Positions 1 through 10,320 of a DNA stretch of 49,466 nt are shown one piece after another. Position 1 is the stretch's first letter. Every line of letters starts with the position of its first letter. A program made the translations under genes and the position numbers. The notes under the pieces are model-generated. The model saw only the letters and a program-made list of their open reading frames with translations. It was not told the origin of the DNA and searched no databases. The DNA comes from Candidatus Thorarchaeota archaeon (GTDB lineage Archaea; Asgardarchaeota; Thorarchaeia; Thorarchaeales; Thorarchaeaceae), in NCBI GenBank assembly GCA_048882045.1, contig JBHLRZ010000026.1, positions 1-49,466 of the forward strand. Direction: 5' to 3'.

Positions 1-1127
1 GCGATCCCCCATGATAAGAAGAAGGTTGTATTGTAATATGCAAACAGTCGACCTCGATATTCTTTGGGAGCCATTCTAGCAACAATGGAGTAGCTTGATG
101 CATTAATGATGACTTCTGACGCACCTCTAAGGAAAGATGCTATCAATGCAAGAGTAAAGGAAGGAGAAATCGTTAGCCAAGCAATGCCGACAATGGAAAA
201 TGCAATGCCACTCATCATCACTTTCTTGTCATCAGTCTTTGCGACTACCGAACCGATTGCTAATCCAGCAATCATGTTGGCGATACTCCGAACATTACTA
301 TAGAGTCCGATATCTACTCCAGATGCATTGAAACCTGTAGGATCCTGGACAAAGAGCGCAGTGATGATTGCAATGGAATTTCTTCCAAAATTAATGAAGA
401 CCAAGGCTACAATGAAAATTAGGTATGCGACACGGAGCTGTGAGGGGAGTTCACTTAGCGAGTGCTTTTCTGAGATTTCATTTTCACCAGATTTCTGATC
501 CGTTTCGTCCCTGTCTAGGCGAATTGTGAAATAGACAATAAGACTTGAGAAGATCATAACAACTGCAGCAATATTGAAGATACTTCCATCGGCAAATCCT
601 CCTGCGTCATAAAGAGCTCCGCCCAAAATTGCACCACCAATTCCCCCAAATCCCCCGATAATGGAAAATTGGCCCATGAGCTTTTTTCTCTCATCGATGT
701 CAGTCAGTTCCGACACCAATGCTGACCAACCAACGTTGGACATAGACCAGAAAACCTCGATAGCACCTAATGAGAAGATAATCACATATCCAGCAATAAT
801 CAACTGATTCAATCCGAGGAAGAGGATGTAACCAGCAACCATGAAGAAATGCCCAATACCTGCTAGCAGCTCACCAACTGCTACAAACTCGACTGGTTTC
901 CGGTATTTGTCCAACAAGTTACCCCAGAGGAAAGATTGAGCTGATGCATTTGCGATCATGCCTATGGTGGCCATCAGTGTTACTTCTGTGGTCGAAAGAC
1001 CCAATGATCTGAGATAGATTGAGAGAAAAGTGTATACGATTGCTCTTCGAAAATTCGTGAGAATCTGGAATGTGGAGAGTCCCGTGAACTCCTTTCCTTT
1101 AAGTCGGGAATAACTGAGAAAACTCAA
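1..1127 (-). CDS. MFS transporter (3' end runs off the window start; absent from the ORF track)
   Basis: Manual translation from TTG at 1127: MSFLSYSRLKGKEFTGLSTFQILTNFRRAIVYTFLSIYLRSLG...WGNLLDKYRK (MFS motif-A-like)...APKEYRGRLFAYYN. Many hydrophobic helices; open to position 1. Confidence 0.85.
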   Translation of the reverse strand, partial: MSFLSYSRLKGKEFTGLSTFQILTNFRRAIVYTFLSIYLRSLGLSTTEVTLMATIGMIANASAQSFLWGNLLDKYRKPVEFVAVGELLAGIGHFFMVAGYILFLGLNQLIIAGYVIIFSLGAIEVFWSMSNVGWSALVSELTDIDERKKLMGQFSIIGGFGGIGGAILGGALYDAGGFADGSIFNIAAVVMIFSSLIVYFTIRLDRDETDQKSGENEISEKHSLSELPSQLRVAYLIFIVALVFINFGRNSIAIITALFVQDPTGFNASGVDIGLYSNVRSIANMIAGLAIGSVVAKTDDKKVMMSGIAFSIVGIAWLTISPSFTLALIASFLRGASEVIINASSYSIVARMAPKEYRGRLFAYYNTTFFLSWGI

Positions 1128-1180
1128 CGTGAATTCTGGAGAAACGCAGTCTGCTTAAATACCATTTTCTGAGGTTGTTG

Positions 1181-2365
1181 TCACTTCTTGAAGATTCTGA
1201 ACAGGATGAACCCAAACATAGCTATAATCGAAAGAGCCATTGAGTACCGGATCAAAAGGAACTCAAAAGTGTCCTCAAATGGAGCTATCATAATATTAAT
1301 TGCCTCAGTGAGGATTGATGCACCCAAGATTATGTTTAGATAAAGAAAGAGGCGCTCTTGACGTTCCTGGAGCTTTCGGTTCTTCTCCTCATGTATTGAC
1401 TCAACCGATTCGTGGACATACCTCAATTCATTGCTTACATTGGAGAGCACTTCCTCAATCCGGAAGATTCTGATCAAGTGGTCGTTCAATACTCGAGCGT
1501 GTGCTCTCATATTGACCATCTCTTCTCGACGAATCACTGCAACAAGCTGCATTAGAGATCGGTTTGTCTTTTCGAGCTCCGCTTGTTTTTCTTCGATTAT
1601 GGGTATGTCTTCCATTTTGAGTTCAGGAAGTTCCCTGAGGAATCGTTGAATCAAATCCTGCAGTTTCAACATAACGAAGATTACTCCGCGAGCTCGAACC
1701 AGAGGTGGATCCATTACCTCTTCGACATAGTTCCAGTACTTCTCGTAGCCATCTCCTTCAATATAGAGAAATGCACTGTTTCTTGCGTAGAAGTGTAACT
1801 CAGTGGTCCTATTAGAGAGATTGTTCTCGATTCGACGGTTATACAAATCTTCATTGTAGTCTGGCCATTGACCACTATACAGATTTAGATACGGTCCTAA
1901 TGATTTCTTGTGTTGTTGGATTGTTGGAGTATCCCAATGTTGAGGTCCAGGTTCGGTCGTATCTGAAGATAGGACAACGTAGAATGGTGAGTCAATATCG
2001 ATCATTATTCGACCTTGCTGATTAAGATCCCCAAAACTCTTCATCAACACTTTACTCAAGCGAATTGACACATTCTGAATATCTTTGACATCGATGTAGG
2101 AATGACCTAGGTCTGTCTGAATCTTTAGGACACCCAACCAAGTCATCTCTTCAAGATTCATCTCTGCGATACGACTCCAACTCACTTCAACGTCGAGAGC
2201 GAGTTTATCGATTGCAGGATCATCAACCAACGAGGGAGCAATTATGTTTTCCAAGTTAGAGCATATTGTACTAAGTTCATCACCTGCTAGTCTTGGTTCC
2301 GCAAGGAAACTGACAAACCATCGAACATGTCTCACGTGAATCTGAAGACCTGAATCTTGAGCCAT
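1181..2365 (-). CDS. hypothetical membrane protein with CorA-like topology (soluble domain, long helical stalk, two C-terminal TM helices; no GMN motif)
   Basis: 394-aa ORF; amphipathic helices followed by LFLYLNIILGASIL and YSMALSIIAMFGFILF hydrophobic segments. Confidence 0.5.
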   Translation of the reverse strand: MAQDSGLQIHVRHVRWFVSFLAEPRLAGDELSTICSNLENIIAPSLVDDPAIDKLALDVEVSWSRIAEMNLEEMTWLGVLKIQTDLGHSYIDVKDIQNVSIRLSKVLMKSFGDLNQQGRIMIDIDSPFYVVLSSDTTEPGPQHWDTPTIQQHKKSLGPYLNLYSGQWPDYNEDLYNRRIENNLSNRTTELHFYARNSAFLYIEGDGYEKYWNYVEEVMDPPLVRARGVIFVMLKLQDLIQRFLRELPELKMEDIPIIEEKQAELEKTNRSLMQLVAVIRREEMVNMRAHARVLNDHLIRIFRIEEVLSNVSNELRYVHESVESIHEEKNRKLQERQERLFLYLNIILGASILTEAINIMIAPFEDTFEFLLIRYSMALSIIAMFGFILFRIFKK

Positions 2366-2518
2366 GGGTTAAACCGTCCAATAACTATCAGGAACGGAGG
2401 ACTATCAGAGGTATCAATCTTGTCCTTGCATGATACAGATATATAGCGAGAAGATTGGATTATCAATCATAATTGCAGAATTCTAGACGATCTCTGTGGA
2501 AATCTGGGTTGTGTTTCG

Positions 2519-3058
2519 ATGGTCGACTTTGAGGAATTAAAGAAGAAACACCCACGCATGTGGATAATCGCCCAGGGAGTGTGGATAATCATATTTTCAA
2601 CAATTATTGGCTATGTAATGTTTTCTCCATTCTTATTTTTTGGCGTTGATGATCAGATCTTAGTTGACATCTTCACTTTCCCAGCTGACTTCATTCCCCC
2701 TCCTTACAATTGGACTGGTCTTCTTCTTCTACCTCCGGGAATGTTTCTGGTCGTTTGGGCAAACTATACGTTGTTGCACATTGGTAGAATTAGTTTGAGA
2801 GATCGAGAGCCTATGCAGAGACCCTCAACTCTGGTTCAGACAGGCCCATTCATATTCACACGAAATCCGATTTACTTGGGAAATCTAATCATGCTCCTCG
2901 GATTGGTTATTGTGTGGAGCAGTATTGTCACCTTAATTGGACTGATTCTTATTTACTTCGTGTTCAAGTATTTCATCAAGAGAGAGGAGATAATCTTAGA
3001 AGAGGAATTTGGAGAGGAGTATAGAGACTTCAAGAACCGTGTCAGACGGTGGCTATGA
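2519..3058 (+). CDS. isoprenylcysteine carboxylmethyltransferase (ICMT/PEMT) family membrane methyltransferase
   Basis: LVQTGPFIFTRNPIYLG and REEIILEEEFGEEYRDFKNRVRRW motifs; TM helices. Confidence 0.85.
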   Translation: MVDFEELKKKHPRMWIIAQGVWIIIFSTIIGYVMFSPFLFFGVDDQILVDIFTFPADFIPPPYNWTGLLLLPPGMFLVVWANYTLLHIGRISLRDREPMQRPSTLVQTGPFIFTRNPIYLGNLIMLLGLVIVWSSIVTLIGLILIYFVFKYFIKREEIILEEEFGEEYRDFKNRVRRWL

Positions 3059-3204
3059 TTGCGATCTGGTTTTATTGCTTCATCCCACATCCGCTCAAAC
3101 CTCTCCCTCAATCCAGTAACAATAATCCCACACTGTTATTCTCGGATTCAGTGAGAGAAGGAAACATTACCTAGAGGTTCTGGTGCGTTACTAGGGCAAG
3201 TGGG

Positions 3205-3996
3205 ATGAACAACAACATGATAGCATTGCAGCGTGCAGCACTGGAGGATGCTGAATTACTGACTCACTCTTGCAAGAGAGCTTTTGATTCTGACTCAGAG
3301 TATGGAGCGCCAGGGTCTGGTGGTCCCCCGGGATACGATTCACTGGACTGGAACATTCGCATTCTGAAGAATCGGTACCTCCAGTACTACAAGATACTTG
3401 AAGGAAGCGAAATCGTTGGAGGGTTCATTGTGGGGGAGAGGGGTCCGAACTATCAGGTATGCGAACGGATCTGGGTAGACCCCGACCACATGAGGAAACA
3501 TATCGGTTCGAAAACATTCAAGATGATTTGGAATCTTTACCCCTCCGCAGAGCTGTGGGTGTTGGGAACTCCCGAGTGGAATACTAGGACAAATCCATTC
3601 TATCAGAGCATTGGATTCGTTCAGATTGGAAAGACGCATGAATACTCATGGGATGGCATCTATTATGAGAAGAGAATAGCAGATGGCTTCCCAAAGGCTA
3701 TGTCCAGAATCGAGGACATTCACGAAGGACAACAGAGGGTGATTGTTGAAGGTCAAGTGGTGGATGTTGCAACTACACGCACCGTCAAGTCCAGAAAGAC
3801 AGGTGAGGAGCTAAAGGTCGCAGATGCAACTCTCTCAGATGATACAGGAGTCATCAAGCTTGTTCTCTGGAACCAGCAGATTCCGCAGGTCAGTGCCAAT
3901 ACTAGGATTCGAATCGAGGAAGGATATGTTCAATCATACAGAGATGAATTACAGATGAGTGTGGGCAAGTGGGGAATGATTGTAACACTTCTCTAA
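3205..3996 (+). CDS. GNAT acetyltransferase fused to a C-terminal SSB/RPA-type OB fold
   Basis: N-terminal GNAT features (RIWVDPDHMRKHIGS, NPFYQSIGF). C-terminal VADATLSDDTGVIKLVLWN...GYVQSYRDELQMSVGKWG is typical of archaeal single-OB SSB. Confidence 0.8.
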   Translation: MNNNMIALQRAALEDAELLTHSCKRAFDSDSEYGAPGSGGPPGYDSLDWNIRILKNRYLQYYKILEGSEIVGGFIVGERGPNYQVCERIWVDPDHMRKHIGSKTFKMIWNLYPSAELWVLGTPEWNTRTNPFYQSIGFVQIGKTHEYSWDGIYYEKRIADGFPKAMSRIEDIHEGQQRVIVEGQVVDVATTRTVKSRKTGEELKVADATLSDDTGVIKLVLWNQQIPQVSANTRIRIEEGYVQSYRDELQMSVGKWGMIVTLL

Positions 3997-4008
3997 TCAA
4001 GTATAATT

Positions 4009-4980
4009 TCAAAGACACTCGTAGGATAGAGTAGAGATAGTTTCCAGCTGCTCTCTAGAGAGTGAAATCTTCATAGCTCCAGCATTCTGCTCAGCCTGAT
4101 ATGTCTTCGAAGCTCCTGGAATGGCCACAATTTTTTCACCATGATAGTTGACAGTCCAATTTAGGACAATCTGAGCAACGGTTGCTTCCTGCTCATTTGC
4201 TATAGATTCTAGAGCATCGATAAGCGGCCTTGTCCTCTCGAGCTGCCTTCCTACACGCCATCTTCGAAGTCGTGGCATCGGCTTGAGGAGTTCTGGGTTT
4301 TGGTGGAGGTGGCCAGTCAGAGACCCCATACCAAGCGGAGTGTAGGCTATTATTGTGATGCCAAGTTCTTTTGCGGCTTCCAGAACACCATTTCTCTCAA
4401 TACCTCTCTTCACCAATGAGAATTGCATCTGGTTAGCTGCCAGAGGAAGACCTCGTTCGGCCAAGGCTTCATGAGCCTTTATCATCCTACTTGCTGAGAA
4501 ATTACTGACACCGACTGCACGAATCGTTCCTGCATCAACTAATTTGGCCATTTCATCCATTTGAGTATCGATAGATGAAAGGGATTCGGGTCTGTGTACA
4601 AGGTAAAGGTCGATAGGGTAAGGTGCAAGGCGCTTAGTGCTCTTTGCAGCAGACTTAAGCATGGACTTTGCCCTCCTCGCAACAGGCATCCACTTGGTTG
4701 TTATCAGAACCTCTCTTGGAGACACACCTGCAGCTTTCAGTCCATGGGCAACAGCTCTCTCCGATTCTCCTGAACCATAGATTTCAGCAGTATCGATCCA
4801 ATTCATTCCGCCATCAAGAGCCACCTTGATAACCTCATCTTGGACCTCATACGGCACAGCTGAGAGGTAGAACTTGAACGGACCTTTTCCTCCCGAGAAC
4901 TCCATGGCTCCCAAACCGATGGGAGTAATTTCGAGATCAGTCTTTCCTAGATGACGCTTAGTGATTTCTGACATCAGCAA
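4009..4980 (-). CDS. aldo/keto reductase
   Basis: LGKTDLEITPIGLG, IDTAEIYGSGESE, IDLYLVHRP, VGVSNF, AYTPLG, IPGA motifs. Confidence 0.95.
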   Translation of the reverse strand: MLMSEITKRHLGKTDLEITPIGLGAMEFSGGKGPFKFYLSAVPYEVQDEVIKVALDGGMNWIDTAEIYGSGESERAVAHGLKAAGVSPREVLITTKWMPVARRAKSMLKSAAKSTKRLAPYPIDLYLVHRPESLSSIDTQMDEMAKLVDAGTIRAVGVSNFSASRMIKAHEALAERGLPLAANQMQFSLVKRGIERNGVLEAAKELGITIIAYTPLGMGSLTGHLHQNPELLKPMPRLRRWRVGRQLERTRPLIDALESIANEQEATVAQIVLNWTVNYHGEKIVAIPGASKTYQAEQNAGAMKISLSREQLETISTLSYECL

Positions 4981-5115
4981 TCCCTTTCTCGTTTGAGCTA
5001 CTGCTTTTAACAGCTCATATATGCACAGCCAGCCAAATCATTGTAATCCCAAGCATTCCAACTTTTAAGTCAGCAATTGACATCTGAAACTATTCGCAAA
5101 AAAGGAGAAGAGAAG

Positions 5116-5883
5116 ATGGGACTCGTCAGGTCTAAAGAAGATATCAAGAAACGATACGAACAGTATGAGGAGGGATATCAACTTCTCGATGTCAAGTTGC
5201 TTTATGCGATGTTCTCGACAACAATGGAAGCAGTTGAGCGCTTATTACCACCACCACTTGAACCAGGAGATACTCTTGTTTGTGTAGCTTTCGTTGCAGA
5301 GTATCAAAGGACGAATTTCATCCCACCTTACAACGAGGCTGCAGTGTTCATCCCATGTCAATACAAGGGAGAAGCTGGTAGATATTGCGTGGCTATGCCT
5401 GTAACAACTGACATCGCAATGATAGGCGGGAGAGAGGTATATGGGTATCCCAAGAAGATTGCTGAAAAGATATTCATAGAACGGATTGGAAATGAAGTCC
5501 ATGGACTGTGTGTGCGTCATGGTTTCCCTATTATCGAAATCAAAGGAACCTTGGCGGAGGTGTTGGATGCAAGAGAAGCACCAGGACCCAGTTTTGTGAT
5601 CAAGTCAATTCTAGATGAAAAAGGAGTAGGGGCAAGTAAAAATCCTGTCCTCATTAGAAATGTGAATCCTTCTGAGTTTGATAGGATTGAGATTGGAGAA
5701 GGATCATTGGCCTTTGGTGAATCAAAGTACGACTACCTGCATGAGATTCCCATCGATCAAGTGATGGCTATCATGTATATGGAGAACGGTACAATCACAA
5801 TGCCGCCTGGAGAAGTAATCGCAGAGATTGACGCAGAGGAGTATACTCCCTACCATTTCATCAAGTATGACTGGAAACCGTAG
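5116..5883 (+). CDS. acetoacetate decarboxylase family protein
   Basis: GGREVYGYPKK Schiff-base lysine motif, PYNEAAVFIP. ATG at 5116 follows GGAG, preferred over the TTG at 5077. Confidence 0.85.
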   Translation: MGLVRSKEDIKKRYEQYEEGYQLLDVKLLYAMFSTTMEAVERLLPPPLEPGDTLVCVAFVAEYQRTNFIPPYNEAAVFIPCQYKGEAGRYCVAMPVTTDIAMIGGREVYGYPKKIAEKIFIERIGNEVHGLCVRHGFPIIEIKGTLAEVLDAREAPGPSFVIKSILDEKGVGASKNPVLIRNVNPSEFDRIEIGEGSLAFGESKYDYLHEIPIDQVMAIMYMENGTITMPPGEVIAEIDAEEYTPYHFIKYDWKP

Positions 5884-5908
5884 CTCAGCATTGACGCTAA
5901 TTGGAACA

Positions 5909-5928
5909 GGAAGGGGAATTCCCCATCC
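5909..5928. terminator. GC-rich palindrome between convergent genes (possible bidirectional terminator)
   Basis: GGA-A-GGGG-AATT-CCCC-A-TCC between stops at 5883 and 5932. Confidence 0.35.
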
Positions 5929-5931
5929 CAT

Positions 5932-8037
5932 TCAACAGGTCGATGTAATCAACACATACCAGCCAAATGTTCCTGGAACAGGATCAGTACAAACATATCC
6001 AAAACCATAGGCGTGGTCGTTCACAGGATCATCCTGTTGTGGATTCAAGGGATTGGAAGACTTTGAAGCATAGAAAACAGCAGATATGATATCGCTTCCC
6101 TCTGTTTCACTACATGCCCGGAACCATGCATCCTTAATTGTATGTGCTGGAATTGTATAGAAACCGGTCATATACAGGGCGAATTTTCCGCCTCTAGTCT
6201 GACGATTGTGACTTGTTGATCCGAATCCACAGACCATGTGAATTCCTTGAAGTGTGTTCGCCCATCGTTCGAACACGTTATGTCCAGTATTGTTTTCCCA
6301 TCGTAGTGGACTACATGCATCAATGACAATCGTATCGAGATCACCATCACCCCATCTACATTCTCTGAAATGGAGTGTCTTGTCGTCCTCATTTGATCTG
6401 AATTTGACCCCATCAGGACCCCCGTGGTCTTGGTAGTAGACGAAATCTACAGCATCAACCCATTCGTCATCAATTCCACCATAAGCCTCAGCTTTGAAAT
6501 CACGCTCCCAGGCTGAATAGTCACCCCAGTTGAACTCCTGACTGTAACCTCCTGGTCCACCCATCCAGTTATAGAAACCTTCACTGTTTTTTTCTGAGTT
6601 GGGAAGTGGTTTCCAGACAGACCAGCCACACCATTCGATACCAACCTCTTTGACACCATCATCATATGCTCCAGTTGGTGCGCTTGGACTATATGTCCTT
6701 GAATTGGTAAAATCACTGCTAGCGGAGATGGCGGGGAGCATCATGAATGCTGAACCAAGCATGAGCAGGAAGAACAGTATGCCCGTTGCTCCTCGCCGCT
6801 TCAAGAGTAAGACTGCAAGTCCTATGAAAACAAGTCCACCTGCCAGTGCTACTGTCAGTTCTGTGGGAAACGCTGTAATCTGACCATACTCAATGAAGAC
6901 CGCAATGTAATCATAGCCCAAAGCATTCTTAGCGTCCCTTACTTCAACAACTACTGTGTGTGGAACTGGAACACCTTTCTTTTCGACAACTGAAAGGGAA
7001 CTCGTTGAGAAGTTCTGACTAGTCGATAGTACTCCATCGAAATCAGAATGCCAAGAGAAGGTGTAAGGAGGTAGACCATATGTAACCGTTGACTCAAATG
7101 AGATTTCTTGACCTTGTGTAAAAGTAAGCCAATGACCCGGAGAGGTAATTTCTATCTCTGGGTCTAACAAGGTCGCTGGAATCACAAATATCTGGAATAT
7201 GTCGTCATCATCATCAGCCTCATCGAGCACTATTTCATATACAGGTTTCAAGAGAAGGGATTCATCTTCTGAGTCAGCATAGTAGGTCAACGTATGTTCA
7301 ACAACATCACTTGTTGAAATGCCATAGTGCTCTAGTGCTGATTCATACTCAATAAGAGAGGCAGTTTCATATGGTTCCTCCTTGAGGTCGCGATGATTCC
7401 AGCTGAAACCGACGATGGCACCTCCCTCGCCAATCATGACAGAGATCTGTTCTCCAGGACCTGAAACTGAAATGTCTCCAAGGAACATTTCATAGTTGAC
7501 ATTCCATTGCAGGACTTTTGATTGGGATGCACCTGCGTCAATATTCCATGCGGTCACATTTGTAGATCCATAATTTGCAAACACATAGTTCGGAGGTAGA
7601 AGTCCCTTCTCACTGAGCCAAGCATCTGCATCTGCTTTGCAGGAACTTGGAGTTGGGACTTCTATACCAAGAGCCACATTCCAGATGAGGTCATAGTCTG
7701 CATACCACATAGACCCATCCCGAGCATCCATTTCGAAGGTCTTGTTGCCGGATCTCACAACATAGCGACCCTCAGCGTCCTGAGCTTCAGAGTCCCGGAA
7801 TCCAAAGAGAGAGTACGCCATGTCCTCTGCATAGGTCAGGTTTACTTCAGGAGGTATTATCTCGTAAATAGGTACACTCACCTGCGATAATTCAAAGTCC
7901 GGTTTTTCAGTAAATTCAAAGCTCTGCGGAGTCGTAGCTTCATCTGAAACTGAAACTACAAGCAAGAGCATGATCATCAGTAAGACTACATCCCTTTTCA
8001 ATAGTTCAACCTCCCGTGGTTGCCACGCTTCGACCAT
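5932..8037 (-). CDS. membrane-anchored exported protein with PKD-like module and C-terminal caspase/gingipain-like (clan CD, DUF6345-like) domain
   Basis: N-terminal signal-like helix; GLPPYTFSWHSDFDG (PKD-like); internal TM pair; C-terminal VDFVYYQDHGG...IVIDACS His/Cys dyad pattern. Confidence 0.6.
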   Translation of the reverse strand: MVEAWQPREVELLKRDVVLLMIMLLLVVSVSDEATTPQSFEFTEKPDFELSQVSVPIYEIIPPEVNLTYAEDMAYSLFGFRDSEAQDAEGRYVVRSGNKTFEMDARDGSMWYADYDLIWNVALGIEVPTPSSCKADADAWLSEKGLLPPNYVFANYGSTNVTAWNIDAGASQSKVLQWNVNYEMFLGDISVSGPGEQISVMIGEGGAIVGFSWNHRDLKEEPYETASLIEYESALEHYGISTSDVVEHTLTYYADSEDESLLLKPVYEIVLDEADDDDDIFQIFVIPATLLDPEIEITSPGHWLTFTQGQEISFESTVTYGLPPYTFSWHSDFDGVLSTSQNFSTSSLSVVEKKGVPVPHTVVVEVRDAKNALGYDYIAVFIEYGQITAFPTELTVALAGGLVFIGLAVLLLKRRGATGILFFLLMLGSAFMMLPAISASSDFTNSRTYSPSAPTGAYDDGVKEVGIEWCGWSVWKPLPNSEKNSEGFYNWMGGPGGYSQEFNWGDYSAWERDFKAEAYGGIDDEWVDAVDFVYYQDHGGPDGVKFRSNEDDKTLHFRECRWGDGDLDTIVIDACSPLRWENNTGHNVFERWANTLQGIHMVCGFGSTSHNRQTRGGKFALYMTGFYTIPAHTIKDAWFRACSETEGSDIISAVFYASKSSNPLNPQQDDPVNDHAYGFGYVCTDPVPGTFGWYVLITSTC

Positions 8038-8223
8038 TCCATACTATTGGTTGGAGAATTATCCTTTCACATCGGTACCCTAAAAGTTTCTTCCCTCCAC
8101 TCTTTTGGAGAGCGTGGATATTCCACCTCAGTCATAGTGGCTATATACTGTACCATGCGTATGAACCGTTCACAATTGAGATTCGAAAGATAATAATGGT
8201 GGTTTCATGGATGAAACCGAGTA

Positions 8224-10269
8224 ATGAGAGCGAATCCTCAATACCTAGATGAAACGACAGAGATAGAGAATCGAGTCTCTGACTTGCTATCAAGACTCAC
8301 TCTTGATGAAAAATTCCGATTGCTGACAAGTCATGGTAGACTCAGGATGTATTCCCTCAAACCAATCAACCGATTGAAGATCCCATCATTCAAAGTGACC
8401 GATGGCCCGTTGGGAGCCGCCATGCATTCCAGTGGATTCTCTAAGAACACACGATTTCCAGTCACGGTCTTACTCGCAGCTACTTGGAATCGAAACCTGT
8501 TGGAAAAAATCGGTATTGCTATGGGAAAAGAGGTTCGTGCTGTCGGAAGGCATATCCTTCTAGCCCCTGGGATCAATATTTGTCGAACTCCATTGAATGG
8601 GCGAACATTCGAATACTTTAGCGAAGACCCATATTTGACAAAAGAGCTGGCAATACCTCTAATCAAGGGAGTACAAAGTCAGAGAATTGGAGCATGTATG
8701 AAACACTATGCAGCAAACAACCAGGAAATCAATCGGATGACACTAAGCGCAGAGATAGACGAACGTACACTGAATGAGGTCTATCTGCGTGCCTTCAGAG
8801 ATGTAGTGAAAGAGGCTGATCCATGGTCGTTCATGATGTGCTACAACATGGTAAATGGAGTTTATGGATGCGAAAACGAGTACCTCATTCAGAAGACATT
8901 GATTGACAATTGGGGATTCAGTGGTATAATCATGACAGATTGGCTTGCATCCCGAAAGGTCAAGACAACTCAGGGGTGTATGAATGCAGGTCTGTCTTTG
9001 GAGATGCCTTGGCCGCGGGTATACAAACCGGGTGCATTGAAGAAGGCCTTAGATAAAGGTGAGATAACAGAAGAAACTCTCAATGACAGAATTCAAAGAA
9101 ACCTCAGAGTGATGATGCTCACTGGACTGTTCGACTCACAAGAGAGTCTACCAAAGGGAGAGAGAAACACACCAGAGCATCAGGAGCTCGTACGTCGTGC
9201 TGCTGAGGAAGGCATGGTACTCCTCAAGAACGAAGGAAACCTATTACCACTCAAAATTGACAGCTACAAGAAAATCAGTCTTTATGGCAAGAATCTGAAG
9301 AAGAAGTTTGGTAGACTTGGGTATGGGGGCTCTTCTGCTGTGAGTCCGCCATATGAGATAACACCGCTCGAAGGTCTGACCAAGAAGGTTGGAGACAGAA
9401 TAAAACTGGTGACTGATGATAGACTATCGCAAGTATTTACAGACCTGTCTGTCATTTTCGCGGGACTGAATCATGGGAGAGGAGGAGACTCTGAGTCCAT
9501 GGATCGAGGTTCATTGCATCTCGATAAGAAACAGGTAGATGAGATAAAAGCCGTTGCAAAGCTTCCAAGACCTACTGTGGTGTGTCTGATTGCTGGTAGT
9601 CCTATCGCGATGGATGATTGGATTGATGATGTGGATGCGGTTCTTATGTGCTGGTATGGAGGAATGGAAGCCGGACATGCAATCGCTAATGTTCTATTCG
9701 GTGATGTGAATCCCTCAGGCAAGCTTCCATTGACATTTCCTAAACGACTGGAGGACTCTCCAGCTCACAGCACAGGCGACCTGAGGAACTATCCAGGGGA
9801 CGACAACAAACGAGTTTTCTATGACGAAGGTGTCTTCGTTGGGTATAGATGGTTCGACGAGAAAAAGATTGATCCACTCTTCCCATTCGGATTCGGGCAA
9901 TCGTATACTCAATTTGAGTATGGACCTATCAGTATCAGTAGACAATCGCTAAGCAATCCTGAAGGCAGTATCCTAGTCCATGTTGATGTGACAAATACTG
10001 GTGAGAGTCTAGGAGCAGAGGTTGTCCAAGCATATGCCAAGGATGTTGAAGCATCGGTGGAACGACCGCCACAGGAACTTGTTGGGTTTGAGAAGACAAC
10101 AATAGGTCCGGGGGAAACCAAGCAGGTGGCTATAACAATAAGAGCAGAAGACTTGGCTTACTACGATGTTTCAAAACATAATTGGTTCATCGAACCAGGA
10201 GCCTACAAACTCAGAGTAGGGGTATCTTCGAGAGATATAATAGGAGAAGTTGATTTCACTTTCGATTGA
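8224..10269 (+). CDS. glycoside hydrolase family 3 beta-glucosidase
   Basis: TDGPLG, APGINICRTPLNGRTFEYFSEDP, KHYAANNQE, IMTDW nucleophile, C-terminal Fn3-like domain. Confidence 0.95.
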   Translation: MRANPQYLDETTEIENRVSDLLSRLTLDEKFRLLTSHGRLRMYSLKPINRLKIPSFKVTDGPLGAAMHSSGFSKNTRFPVTVLLAATWNRNLLEKIGIAMGKEVRAVGRHILLAPGINICRTPLNGRTFEYFSEDPYLTKELAIPLIKGVQSQRIGACMKHYAANNQEINRMTLSAEIDERTLNEVYLRAFRDVVKEADPWSFMMCYNMVNGVYGCENEYLIQKTLIDNWGFSGIIMTDWLASRKVKTTQGCMNAGLSLEMPWPRVYKPGALKKALDKGEITEETLNDRIQRNLRVMMLTGLFDSQESLPKGERNTPEHQELVRRAAEEGMVLLKNEGNLLPLKIDSYKKISLYGKNLKKKFGRLGYGGSSAVSPPYEITPLEGLTKKVGDRIKLVTDDRLSQVFTDLSVIFAGLNHGRGGDSESMDRGSLHLDKKQVDEIKAVAKLPRPTVVCLIAGSPIAMDDWIDDVDAVLMCWYGGMEAGHAIANVLFGDVNPSGKLPLTFPKRLEDSPAHSTGDLRNYPGDDNKRVFYDEGVFVGYRWFDEKKIDPLFPFGFGQSYTQFEYGPISISRQSLSNPEGSILVHVDVTNTGESLGAEVVQAYAKDVEASVERPPQELVGFEKTTIGPGETKQVAITIRAEDLAYYDVSKHNWFIEPGAYKLRVGVSSRDIIGEVDFTFD

Positions 10270-10320
10270 ACAGAGGGTGTTAAATACACTTCCATTGCAG
10301 GGACGAGAGCTGGTGTCAAC

